Assembly: GCA_965660845.1 (NCBI GenBank)
Contig: CBFIBH010000002.1
Location: forward strand, 290,631 to 354,630
Direction of reading: 5' to 3'
Source: Flavobacteriaceae bacterium
GTDB taxonomy: Bacteria > Bacteroidota > Bacteroidia > Flavobacteriales > Flavobacteriaceae
Length of the DNA stretch: 64,000 bases
In this document: one piece after another, positions 37,971-47,749 of the stretch
Layout: the number at the start of each line of letters is the position of its first letter
Position numbering within the stretch: position 1 is the first letter of the stretch
Translations under genes and position numbers: made by a program
The notes under the pieces: generated by a model
Seen by the model: only the letters and a program-made list of their open reading frames with translations
Told to the model about the DNA's origin: nothing
The model's database searches: none

Positions 37971-38714
37971 ATGAATTTACTAATTAACATGTTCGCAGAT
38001 GTGAGCAAAATTGCAACAGACGACTACGTTGGTTTTACATTCTTTGTAGGATGTATGGCAATGATGGCTGCTTCGGCTTTCTTCTTTTTATCAATGAATA
38101 ACTTTGATAGAAAGTGGAAAACCTCTATTCTAGTATCAGGTTTAATTACTTTCATTGCAGCAGTACATTACTGGTACATGAGAGACTATTGGGCTTCAAA
38201 TGCTGAATCTCCTACTTTCTTTAGATATGTAGATTGGGTATTGACAGTTCCATTAATGTGTGTTGAGTTTTACTTAATACTTAAAGTTGCTGGTGCAAAA
38301 AAATCTTTAATGTGGAAATTAATCTTCTTATCTGTAGTAATGTTAGTTACTGGATACTTTGGAGAAGCTGTTTACACAACTGGAACTGGTCCTGCTTTAT
38401 GGGGATTTGTATCTGGAGTTGCTTATTTCGGAATCGTATATTTAATTTGGTTCGGAGAAGCAAAAAAATTAGCAGAACAAGCTGGTGGTGCAGTATTAAC
38501 AGCTCACAAAACATTATGTTGGTTCGTTCTTGTAGGTTGGGCTATTTACCCATTGGGTTACATGGCTGGAACTGAAGGATGGTATAGCTTCATTGGTGAG
38601 TGGGGTTTAAACATGGATGTTATTTATAACATTGGTGATGCTGTAAACAAAATTGGTTTTGGATTAGTAGTATATGCAGCAGCAGTTGCATCTAACTCAA
38701 CTTCAAAAGCATAA
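37971..38714 (+). CDS. Proteorhodopsin (DTE proton pump, Met at spectral tuning site, predicted green-absorbing)
   Basis: H66, R85-Y-V-D88-W-x-x-T92-x-P-L-M96-x-x-E99, and DAVNK retinal-binding Lys. Confidence 0.97.
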   Translation: MNLLINMFADVSKIATDDYVGFTFFVGCMAMMAASAFFFLSMNNFDRKWKTSILVSGLITFIAAVHYWYMRDYWASNAESPTFFRYVDWVLTVPLMCVEFYLILKVAGAKKSLMWKLIFLSVVMLVTGYFGEAVYTTGTGPALWGFVSGVAYFGIVYLIWFGEAKKLAEQAGGAVLTAHKTLCWFVLVGWAIYPLGYMAGTEGWYSFIGEWGLNMDVIYNIGDAVNKIGFGLVVYAAAVASNSTSKA

Positions 38715-38738
38715 ATAAGTTCTCTGAAAAAGAAAAAC

Positions 38739-38769
38739 AAAAGCCTCTCAAATTTGAGAGGCTTTTTTT
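38739..38769. terminator. Bidirectional terminator between proteorhodopsin and MATE genes
   Basis: AAAAGCCTCTCAAATTTGAGAGGCTTTT perfect inverted repeat with T-tract. Confidence 0.85.
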
Positions 38770-40166
38770 ATACCTGTATGTTTTTCCATTTTCCTTTTTT
38801 AAACCATATAATTCCAATAATTGCAATTAAAACTTCTGCTATGGTAATAAACCAAAATATTCCTTCAGGTCCAAAATCTAACCAAATTGCAGATGCATAT
38901 GCTAAAGGAAGCTGAAACATCCAAAAACATATAAAGTTTATCCATGTTGGTGTTTTAGTATCCCCTGAACCATTGAAAGCATTAATTACAACCATTCCAT
39001 AAGCATAAGCAATATATCCTATTGCCATAATCTGTAAACATAAAGCTCCATATTTTACAACATTTGGTTGACTACTAAACCAACTTAAAAAAGTAGGTGC
39101 AAATACAATGTAGATTATAGAAACTATTCCCATAAAAATAGCACAATATTTACTTGTTTTCCAAACAGACAACTCTGCCCTTTCAGGTTTTTTTGCTCCT
39201 AAATTTTGACCAACTAATGTTGCAGCTGCATTACTCATTCCCCAAGCAGGTATTAAAGTAAATATCATAATTCTTATAGCAATCGTATAACCTGCTAAAA
39301 CTTCACTTCCAAAAGTTACCATCATTAGCATTAAAAAAAACCAACTGGACGTTCCAATAAAAAATTGAAAAATTCTACCTAAAGAAATCTTAATCAAATT
39401 GATCATTACCTCTATATGCAATTTAATGTCTTTCAAGGCTATTTTTATGTAAGAATTTCCTTTAAAAAGAATAATTAACTGTGCAATTACTGCTACTCCT
39501 CTACCCGTTGTTGTTGCTATTGCAGCTCCTTCTACTCCGTATGCAGGAATTGGTCCTAATCCAAAAATAAGTATCGGATCTAATATCAAATTCAAACTAT
39601 TAGACAAAATCAATGTCCACATAGCAATAGATGCGTTTCCTGCTCCTCTAAAAATTGCATTGATTAAAAACAATAACATAACAGTTATGTTTCCAACCAA
39701 AAGAACTTTTGTATAACCAAAACCTTCCTCTATTAAATCAGTTTCTGCACCCATTAACCCAAGAATTTTCTTTGGATAGAAAATTCCAATGACACAAATA
39801 ATTGAAGCCACAAAAACACCAAGAAGAATAACTTGGACAGCTGCTTTTCTTGCTCCTACTGGATCTTTCTCTCCTGTTCTTCTTGCTACAATAGCTGTTG
39901 CTCCCATGCTCAAACCTATTGCAACTGTATACACCAATGTTAAAACAGATTCTGTTAAAGCTACTGTTGCTACAGCGTTTACACTAACTCTAAAAACAAA
40001 AATTATATCTACTAAAGCAAAAATAGATTCCATTAACATCTCTAAAATCATAGGAATAGAAAGCATAAAAACAGCTTATTTTATACTTCCAGTTGTAAAA
40101 TCGTTTTGTTTGCCTTTGACAGCTTCTATAAAGAGTGAAAAAATTGATTTGATTGTTTTGTGACAT
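38768..40166 (-). pseudogene. MATE efflux transporter with a 5' frameshift and a nonsense codon (ORF 38768-40066 remains open)
   Basis: ATG at 40166 out of frame; reading FIEAVKGKQNDFTTGSIK*AVFMLSIPM has TAA at 40076-40078; 12-TM MATE body. Confidence 0.7.
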
Positions 40167-40340
40167 GATAATTTAGGTCTAAAATAAATGATGAATCAAA
40201 AACTATAAATTACAGTTTTAGATTTGTGTGGAGTCTTAATAAATAAAGACTGAAAAATGGATGGGTTTTTAAACAATCATAAAACAAATATGCAAAAGTT
40301 TTAAGAAACGAAACCCAAATAAATTAAATATCTTCGCTAT

Positions 40341-41093
40341 ATGATATCAGTAACGCTTATTGGCAGTGGTAATGTAGCTTATCATTTGGCACATCATTTT
40401 TTAAAGCGCAGCCAAATTTGCTTAAAGCAAATCTATACTAGAAACACCAAGGATTTAAGGTATTGGAAAGACAAAGTTTCTACGACAAATAGTTTGGAGT
40501 TATTAGAAGAAAGTGATGTCACAATTTTAGCAGTTTCAGACGATTCAATTCAGGAGGTATCTAAACATGTAAAAAATTCTTTTGTAGTTCATACATCTGG
40601 AGGAAAATCTGTAAATGAACTAAAAAACACTACAAATAAAGGAGTTTTTTATCCGCTACAAACTTTCTCCAAACATAAAGAAGTATCACTTTCTGAGGTT
40701 CCATTTTGTTTAGAAGCTGAAAATAACAAAGATTTACAATTACTAAAAAGGATTGTAAAATCTTTAGATTCTAATTGGTTTGAAATTAATTCTGAACAAA
40801 GGAAACATCTTCATGTTGCAGCAGTTTTTGCTAATAATTTTAGCAACCACATGTATACATTAGCAAAAGATATTTGTCAGAAGCATAATGTTCCGTTTCA
40901 AATTTTATTTCCATTGATTCAAGAAACTTCTCAAAAAATCGTTGATTTATCCCCTGAAAAATCACAAACTGGACCAGCGGTTAGAAATGATAAAAAAACG
41001 ATTGAAAAACATGTAAATTTGCTCTCAGAAAAGCAAAAAGAAATATACAAACTCATCACAGAATCTATCCAAAATCATGGAAAAAAGCTTTAA
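40341..41093 (+). CDS. Rossmann-like and DUF2520 domain protein
   Basis: IGSGNVA, VHTSG, FYPLQTFSK, LHVAAVFANNF, QTGPAVRND. Confidence 0.88.
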   Translation: MISVTLIGSGNVAYHLAHHFLKRSQICLKQIYTRNTKDLRYWKDKVSTTNSLELLEESDVTILAVSDDSIQEVSKHVKNSFVVHTSGGKSVNELKNTTNKGVFYPLQTFSKHKEVSLSEVPFCLEAENNKDLQLLKRIVKSLDSNWFEINSEQRKHLHVAAVFANNFSNHMYTLAKDICQKHNVPFQILFPLIQETSQKIVDLSPEKSQTGPAVRNDKKTIEKHVNLLSEKQKEIYKLITESIQNHGKKL

Positions 41094-41604
41094 ACAATTC
41101 TTATCTAATATTACTACAGTTATTTTAGATGTAGATGGTGTATTAACCAATAGTTTGGTAACTATAACTACAGATGGTCAATTGCTTCGTCAAATGAATA
41201 TCAAAGATGGTTATGCATTAAAAACTGCTGTTGATGCTGGTTTGAGAATTTGTATAATATCTGGAGGAAAAAATGATGGAGTAAAAACCAGACTTGAAAA
41301 CCTAGGGATTCAAGATGTCTATTTAGGAATACATGATAAGATTGAAAAATATCACGAGATATTAGATGGCTATCAACTTACCAAAGAAGAAGTAGCATAC
41401 ATGGGTGACGACATTCCAGATGTTCCTGTTATGCAATTGGTGGGTTTACCTTGTTGTCCAAATGATGCAGTACAAGAAGTAAAAGGAATATCTAAATATA
41501 TCTCTCACAAAAAAGGTGGTGAAGGCTGTGTTCGTGATATTTTGGAACAGATTTTGAAAGTACAAGGAAAATGGAATACTAATTTTAGTGCTAAATATGA
41601 TTAA
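41077..41604 (+). CDS. kdsC: KdsC-family HAD phosphatase
   Basis: DVDGVLT, NIKDGY, ISGG, YMGDDIPD, GGEGCVRD. Confidence 0.85.
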   Translation: MEKSFKQFLSNITTVILDVDGVLTNSLVTITTDGQLLRQMNIKDGYALKTAVDAGLRICIISGGKNDGVKTRLENLGIQDVYLGIHDKIEKYHEILDGYQLTKEEVAYMGDDIPDVPVMQLVGLPCCPNDAVQEVKGISKYISHKKGGEGCVRDILEQILKVQGKWNTNFSAKYD

Positions 41605-41617
41605 AAGAAAATAGATT

Positions 41618-42046
41618 ATGAAAAAAACACTTTTATTTTTCTTCGCATTACTACTAACTGCAAACTCTTTCTCTCAAACAATTTTTGGAAAATGGAATTC
41701 ATTTGATGAAGAGACTAACAAAATAGAATCTACCATAGAAGTTTATAAAAAAGACGGAAAAGCATTTGCTAAAATTATCTCTATAACTGACCCTGCAAGA
41801 CAAACAGCTACATGTTTAGAATGTAAAGGAAAACGTAAAAATGAACGAATTTTAGGCATGGATATTCTCACGGGTTTGGAAGAAGATGGTGACGAATGGT
41901 CTGGTGGAAAAATTTTAGATCCTAAAAACGGAAAAGAATACAAATGTTATATCAAACTACTTGATAAAAACACCTTAAAACTTCGAGGTTATATTGGAAT
42001 TTCTTTGCTAGGAAGAACTGCGATTTGGAAACGAGCTGAAAATTAA
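41618..42046 (+). CDS. DUF2147-family exported protein
   Basis: Signal peptide, WSGGKILDPKNGKEYKC, LRGYIGISLLGRTAIWKR. Confidence 0.88.
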   Translation: MKKTLLFFFALLLTANSFSQTIFGKWNSFDEETNKIESTIEVYKKDGKAFAKIISITDPARQTATCLECKGKRKNERILGMDILTGLEEDGDEWSGGKILDPKNGKEYKCYIKLLDKNTLKLRGYIGISLLGRTAIWKRAEN

Positions 42047-42684
42047 TTCTTCTTCTCTAACATAGGCACAAAAGCAAAATCACCCAACTCATGTTTTTCA
42101 AATTCTTTTGGTGATTTTCTAAGAAACTGTGTCATAATTTGAGTAGAATCTCCTACTGGAATTAACAACATTCCTCCTACTTTTAACTGAGCTAACAAAG
42201 GTTTCGGAACAAATGGTGCTCCAGCTGTCACAATAACCTTATCAAAAGGAGCTTTTTCTTGTAAGCCTTTGTATCCATCTCCAAAAATAAATTTTTTGGC
42301 TTTGTAACCTAATTTTGGCAAAAACATAGATGTTTTTTTAAAGAGCACATGCTGTCTTTCTATGGTATAAACTTCAGCTTTTAATTCTAACAAAACTGCT
42401 GTTTGATATCCAGAACCTGTACCTATTTCTAAAACTTTATCACCTTTTTTAATCTCCAAAGTTTGCGATTGAAAAGCAACTGTATACGGTTGAGAAATTG
42501 TTTGTTCTGCTGCTATTGGAAACGCTTTGTCTTTATACGCATGATCTTCAAAAGAAGAATCTATAAACAAATGACGAGGAATTCTTCGAACAGCTTGTAA
42601 CACATTCTTATCTGTAATCCCTTTCTTCTCTAATAGATTAGCTAACTGATTTCTAAGTCCTTGATGTTTGGCAGTATCTTTCAA
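42043..42684 (-). CDS. pcm: Protein-L-isoaspartate O-methyltransferase
   Basis: QTISQPYTVA, VLEIGTGSGYQTA, APFDKVIVTAGA. Confidence 0.95.
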   Translation of the reverse strand: MKDTAKHQGLRNQLANLLEKKGITDKNVLQAVRRIPRHLFIDSSFEDHAYKDKAFPIAAEQTISQPYTVAFQSQTLEIKKGDKVLEIGTGSGYQTAVLLELKAEVYTIERQHVLFKKTSMFLPKLGYKAKKFIFGDGYKGLQEKAPFDKVIVTAGAPFVPKPLLAQLKVGGMLLIPVGDSTQIMTQFLRKSPKEFEKHELGDFAFVPMLEKKN

Positions 42685-42790
42685 AGATGCATGATTTTAA
42701 GCGTTCTAAAAGTAGAATAAATTCAAAACAATTCCTATAAAATTGTATCTTTGTTATCGCTAAACTTTAGCGTCTTCAAAATTTTATTTT

Positions 42791-43759
42791 ATGCTAAAAG
42801 CTGCTGTTTTAGGTGCAGGTCATCTTGGAAAAATTCACTTAAAGTTATTACAACAATCCAACAGATTTGAGTTGGTTGGTTTTTACGATCCATCCAAAGA
42901 AAACACAGAAAGTGTTGTGAATGAATTTGGTTATCATGCTTTCAATTCTATTGATGAATTGATTGATGCTACAGATGTTGTTGACATTGTAACTCCTACT
43001 CTATCTCATTTTGACTGTGCAAAAAAAGCAATCAATAAAGGGAAACATATCTTTATTGAAAAACCTATCACAAAAACAGTGCTAGAAGCTGAAGCTATCA
43101 GGACCTTAGCAAGTCAAAAGCATGTTAGAGGTCAAGTTGGTCACGTAGAACGTTTTAATCCAGCATTTACAGCTGTTAAAGATGCGATTGATACTCCAAT
43201 GTTTATTGAAGCGCACAGATTGGCAGAATTTAATCCCAGAGGAACCGATGTTCCAGTCGTTTTGGATTTAATGATTCATGATATTGACATTATCTTAAGC
43301 GTTGTAAAATCTGAAGTTCGTGATGTTCATGCTAGCGGAGTTTCCGTAATTTCTGACACACCAGATATTGCCAATGCAAGAATTGAATTTGAAAATGGCT
43401 GTGTTGCAAATTTAACAGCTAGTAGAATCTCAATGAAAAATATGCGTAAATCTCGTTTCTTTCAAAGAGATGCTTACATTTCAGTTGACTTTTTAGAGAA
43501 AAAAGCTGAAGTGGTTAAAATGAAAGATGCACCAGAAAACCCTGGAGATTTTGATATGATATTACAAAATGCAGAAGGAATCAAAAAACAAATCTATTTT
43601 GACAATCCAGAGGTATCTCCAAACAATGCCATTTTAGACGAATTGGAAACTTTTGCAGATGCTATAGAAAATGATACAACTCCTATTGTTTCTCTGGAAC
43701 AAGCAACCAATGCTCTTCGAGTTGCTCAACAAATAATCGATTGTTTCGATACAAAATAA
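42791..43759 (+). CDS. Gfo/Idh/MocA-family oxidoreductase
   Basis: LGAGHLGKIH, HIFIEKP, QVGHVERFNPA, DLMIHDID. Confidence 0.9.
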   Translation: MLKAAVLGAGHLGKIHLKLLQQSNRFELVGFYDPSKENTESVVNEFGYHAFNSIDELIDATDVVDIVTPTLSHFDCAKKAINKGKHIFIEKPITKTVLEAEAIRTLASQKHVRGQVGHVERFNPAFTAVKDAIDTPMFIEAHRLAEFNPRGTDVPVVLDLMIHDIDIILSVVKSEVRDVHASGVSVISDTPDIANARIEFENGCVANLTASRISMKNMRKSRFFQRDAYISVDFLEKKAEVVKMKDAPENPGDFDMILQNAEGIKKQIYFDNPEVSPNNAILDELETFADAIENDTTPIVSLEQATNALRVAQQIIDCFDTK

Positions 43760-43783
43760 ATATACAAACAAATCAAAATACTT

Positions 43784-44671
43784 ATGAAGAATATAGCTGT
43801 TATTGGAGCTGGAACAATGGGGAACGGAATTGCACATACATTTGCGCAATTTGGATACAATGTTCAATTGATAGATATTTCTCAGGCTGCTTTAGATAAA
43901 GGAATTGCTACAATTACCAAAAATCTAGATAGAATGGTTTCCAAAGAAAAGATTTCTGAAGCTGACAAACAATCAACATTACAAAATATAACAACATACA
44001 CAGATGTAAAAGAAGGTGTTCAGTATGCTAGTTTGGTTGTTGAAGCAGCCACAGAAAACTTAGATTTAAAATTAAAAATCTTTAAAAATTTAGATGAAGT
44101 TTGCCCTGATGATACCATTTTAGCAACCAACACTTCTTCAATTTCAATTACTCAAATTGCTGCGGTGACAAATAGACCAGACATGGTTATTGGAATGCAT
44201 TTTATGAATCCAGTTCCAATTATGAAATTGGTAGAAATCATTAGAGGTTACAATACTTCTGATGAAGTGATGAATTTCACTGTAGATTTAACAAAGAGAA
44301 TCAATAAAATTCCTGTAGAAGTTAATGATTATCCTGGTTTTGTTGCCAATAGAATTTTAATGCCAATGATCAATGAATCTATTGAAACTCTTTACAATGG
44401 AGTTGCAGGAGTTTCAGAAATTGATACTGTTATGAAATTAGGAATGGCTCATCCAATGGGACCATTACAATTAGCAGATTTTATTGGATTGGATGTTTGT
44501 TTGTCTATTTTAGAAGTTATGTATGAAGGATTTAAGAATCCTAAATATGCTCCGTGTCCTTTATTAGTAAACATGGTAAGAGCTGGTAAATTAGGTGTTA
44601 AATCTGGAGAAGGTTTTTACGATTATTCTGAAAGCAGAAAAGCAGAACATGTTTCTAAACAGTTTGCTTAA
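43784..44671 (+). CDS. 3-hydroxybutyryl-CoA dehydrogenase
   Basis: IGAGTMGNGIA, ATNTSSISI, GMHFMNPVP, HPMGPL. Confidence 0.93.
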   Translation: MKNIAVIGAGTMGNGIAHTFAQFGYNVQLIDISQAALDKGIATITKNLDRMVSKEKISEADKQSTLQNITTYTDVKEGVQYASLVVEAATENLDLKLKIFKNLDEVCPDDTILATNTSSISITQIAAVTNRPDMVIGMHFMNPVPIMKLVEIIRGYNTSDEVMNFTVDLTKRINKIPVEVNDYPGFVANRILMPMINESIETLYNGVAGVSEIDTVMKLGMAHPMGPLQLADFIGLDVCLSILEVMYEGFKNPKYAPCPLLVNMVRAGKLGVKSGEGFYDYSESRKAEHVSKQFA

Positions 44672-45302
44672 AAAGTATATTTTACTAGGTTTTCTTTTTT
44701 GGTTAACCCTTGGGTATTCTCAAAATCAAAAAAGAGAACCTTTTCAATTAGAAAAGATTGGATTTCAGATAAGTCAATTAAACGAACAAAACTTTTTATT
44801 TGATGATCCCGATTATTTCTTAACCGGTACAACGGTAAAGTTTCAACTATTTTACCCTCTAAAGGATATAGGAAACTGGGATTTTAATTTAGTAGTTCAG
44901 CCTCAAGTTCAATTGCTACAACATCGATTAGACAATCCGTCTTTTATTCAACCAATTGATTATCCTAATAATTTTTTAGATCTAAGAGAGCGTTTAGTTC
45001 AAAAAAGAAATATGTCGTTATATGGTTTTGATTTGGGAATTCAATTACGAAGAAGACTTTTAAAAAATACATTCTTTGAGTTTACAGCTAGTTTAGGATT
45101 AGCCTATATAGATTCTGATACAGAAAGATTAGCATTAGGATTTACTTTTACAGAAGGTTTATCTTTTGGATTGGCAAAAGCATTTACAGATTGTGAAATC
45201 TATTTAGGTGGTAGTCTACACCACATCTCTAATTTTAATATTCAGGAACCCAATAGCGGTTATAATTTACTAGGTTGGGAACTAAGTTTTAGACTCCTAT
45301 AA
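44649..45302 (+). CDS. PagL-like acyloxyacyl hydrolase (lipid A 3-O-deacylase family)
   Basis: Signal peptide, beta-barrel pattern, HISN..PNSGYN; probable ATG 44649. Confidence 0.72.
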   Translation: MFLNSLLKKYILLGFLFWLTLGYSQNQKREPFQLEKIGFQISQLNEQNFLFDDPDYFLTGTTVKFQLFYPLKDIGNWDFNLVVQPQVQLLQHRLDNPSFIQPIDYPNNFLDLRERLVQKRNMSLYGFDLGIQLRRRLLKNTFFEFTASLGLAYIDSDTERLALGFTFTEGLSFGLAKAFTDCEIYLGGSLHHISNFNIQEPNSGYNLLGWELSFRLL

Positions 45303-45304
45303 AT

Positions 45305-45334
45305 AAAAAAAGGGAGCTTTTAGCTCCCTTTTTT
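45305..45334. terminator. Bidirectional intrinsic terminator
   Basis: AAAAAAGGGAGCT-ttt-AGCTCCCTTTTTT between convergent genes. Confidence 0.82.
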
Positions 45335-45351
45335 ATGAATCAAATATATGA

Positions 45352-46461
45352 TTATTTATCGTCATTGTTGTCTTTAGAAGCTTTGTTCCAAACCTTGATT
45401 TCATCTTCAAAAGTAATTCCATTCTTTACTTCTATGTTAATACCGTCAGAAACACCTACTTCAATTTCTTTCTTCTCCCATGTTCCTTCTCCTGTTTTAA
45501 CTTCTACATAAGGTTTTTCTGTTTTTTTGTCAAAACGCAACAATGCTTCTCTAATTGATAAGACACTGTCTTTTTTCACTAAAACAATATCTGCATTCGC
45601 ACTGTAATTTGCTCTCACAAAATATTCATTGTCTAAAGTGATATTCGCTTTGATAGTAAACTGAACTGCTCCTCCTTCTTCTGTTCCTTTTGGAGCGATA
45701 AAGTTAAGTTTCGCTGGGAATTTCTTCTCTTCAATCGCACCTAAAGATACTTCTATATCTGTACCGTTGATTAATCTTCCAACTTCAGATTCATCTACTT
45801 TTCCTTCAAAAATCATTTTACTCATATCTGCAATAGATGCAATCGTTGTTCCTGCATTAAAATTATTACTCTGAATAACCTGATCTCCTTCTTTAACAGG
45901 AATTTCCAAAACAGTACCAGAGATTTGAGCTCGAATATCTGTGTTTGCCATTCCACCTTCTCCTGCAGAACCACTTTTAATAATTTTGTAATCGTTTTGA
46001 GCATTGATTAATTCTTGTTTTGCTTGATTAAAAGTTAATTCAATCTGTTCAAAAGCTTGAGCAGAAACTACTCCTTTATCGTACAAACCTTTATTTCTTT
46101 TGTACTGAATTTCTGAGTTTTTTAAACGAATCTTTGCATTATCTACTCTTCCTCTAGCACTCAACAAAGCTTGCTCATTAGGGATTACTTTTACCGTAGC
46201 AATTAAATCTCCTCTTTTTACTTTATCACCTTCTTCTAAGAAGATTTTATCAATGATACCTGTAATTTGAGGTTTGATTTCTATCTCTTCCAATGGAACC
46301 ACTTTTCCTGTTGCAACAGATTTTTTTACAATTGTTGATTTGTATGCCTTTTCTGTTTTGAAAGTTTTTGGCTCTTCACTGTTTTTCTTTTTAAGCCATA
46401 ATACTACAACTATGAAAATTACTACTACTATTCCGATAATAATTTTTGCTCTTTTACTCAT
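45352..46461 (-). CDS. Periplasmic adaptor (MFP, MacA-like)
   Basis: N-terminal TM anchor, IEIKPQITGII, IRAQISGTV, EVGVSDG. Confidence 0.9.
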   Translation of the reverse strand: MSKRAKIIIGIVVVIFIVVVLWLKKKNSEEPKTFKTEKAYKSTIVKKSVATGKVVPLEEIEIKPQITGIIDKIFLEEGDKVKRGDLIATVKVIPNEQALLSARGRVDNAKIRLKNSEIQYKRNKGLYDKGVVSAQAFEQIELTFNQAKQELINAQNDYKIIKSGSAGEGGMANTDIRAQISGTVLEIPVKEGDQVIQSNNFNAGTTIASIADMSKMIFEGKVDESEVGRLINGTDIEVSLGAIEEKKFPAKLNFIAPKGTEEGGAVQFTIKANITLDNEYFVRANYSANADIVLVKKDSVLSIREALLRFDKKTEKPYVEVKTGEGTWEKKEIEVGVSDGINIEVKNGITFEDEIKVWNKASKDNNDDK

Positions 46462-46508
46462 GGTAATTAATTAAATATATGTGTTCGTTTTGGTTATTGA
46501 TAATCTTT

Positions 46509-47747
46509 TTACTCGTCTCTTAAAGCGTCTATAGGTTTTATTAATGTTGCAACATATGCAGGTATTAATCCTATTAATGTTCCTAAAATAATAAGCACTA
46601 AAAATGCAATTAAGATAATTGGAATATTTACTGTTGGATTTACAAGTGTTGGATCTGGACCAGAACCTAACCATTTGTCTAAACCAAATAGTACGAATCC
46701 TCCAAAAATAATTCCTAACATTCCTGCAATCGTTGTTAAGAAAACCGATTCTAAAACAACTTGTCTTCTAATCTCAACTGGTTTTGCGCCAATAGCTCTT
46801 CTTATTCCTATTTCTTTTGTTCGTTCTTTAACAGTGATTAATAATATATTTCCGATGGCAAAAACCCCCGCAATTAAGGTTGCAATTCCAACAAACCATG
46901 TTAGAAACTGCATTCCTGTTAAGAATCCTGTTATTTTACCTATTTCTACTGCTAAATTTGCACTTCCAAAAGCTTTTTTGTCCTCTGGATCTACTTTGTG
47001 AATATTTTTAAGTGTTAGCAACATATCTTGTTCTAACTGTTCAATATCAACACCTTCTTTAGCGGTAATCATCATCCAACTAATTCTATTGACTCTATTG
47101 TAAACTTGTTGAAACGTAGAAAAAGGTACATAAGCTGCTTGACCATCAAAATTGATGTTTCCTCTTTTGTAAACTCCAATAACTTTGTATGCGATATTTC
47201 CTATTTCAACCAACTCACCTATTGGATATTCATCTTTATCAAACAATTGTTTGTAAATCTCTTCTTCAATAACACAAACTTTTGATTTTAAACTGATGTC
47301 ATTTCCATTTAAAAAACGTCCATAGATTAAATCCTTTTTTTGAACATCATCTAACAATGGTAAATCTCCAGAAATATTGAAAGATCCAGATTTAAAACCT
47401 CTTGTAATATTGCTATTTGTTTGACTTCTGGGTGCTATAAACTTTATGTCGTCATAAGCTTCTTGAAGCTTAGCAACATCATTGGTTGTCAATCTAACAT
47501 TTCTTCCTTTTTGAAATCCTTTAAAAGGTAGTTCAGTTCTTTGCGACCACATAAAAACACTGTTGGTTGCAAAATTTCCGAAGATATTTTTGAAGTTATT
47601 TTCTAATCCTCTTGAAGCTCCTAACAAAGCGACCAATAAGAAAATCCCCCAAAGAACCCCAATAATAGTTATGATGGTTCTGGTTTTGTTTTTACGAATT
47701 CCTCCGTAAATTTCTTGCCATGTATCTGAATCGAATAAAAATCTCAT
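46509..47747 (-). CDS. ABC transporter permease (MacB/FtsX family)
   Basis: MacB periplasmic core, ERTKEIGIRRAIGA, IKPIDALRDE. Confidence 0.92.
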   Translation of the reverse strand: MRFLFDSDTWQEIYGGIRKNKTRTIITIIGVLWGIFLLVALLGASRGLENNFKNIFGNFATNSVFMWSQRTELPFKGFQKGRNVRLTTNDVAKLQEAYDDIKFIAPRSQTNSNITRGFKSGSFNISGDLPLLDDVQKKDLIYGRFLNGNDISLKSKVCVIEEEIYKQLFDKDEYPIGELVEIGNIAYKVIGVYKRGNINFDGQAAYVPFSTFQQVYNRVNRISWMMITAKEGVDIEQLEQDMLLTLKNIHKVDPEDKKAFGSANLAVEIGKITGFLTGMQFLTWFVGIATLIAGVFAIGNILLITVKERTKEIGIRRAIGAKPVEIRRQVVLESVFLTTIAGMLGIIFGGFVLFGLDKWLGSGPDPTLVNPTVNIPIILIAFLVLIILGTLIGLIPAYVATLIKPIDALRDE

Positions 47748-47749
47748 GA

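Noticed and set aside
40170-40340. Short hairpins upstream of the MATE gene as a riboswitch
   Set aside because: AT-rich weak stems with no recognisable aptamer consensus
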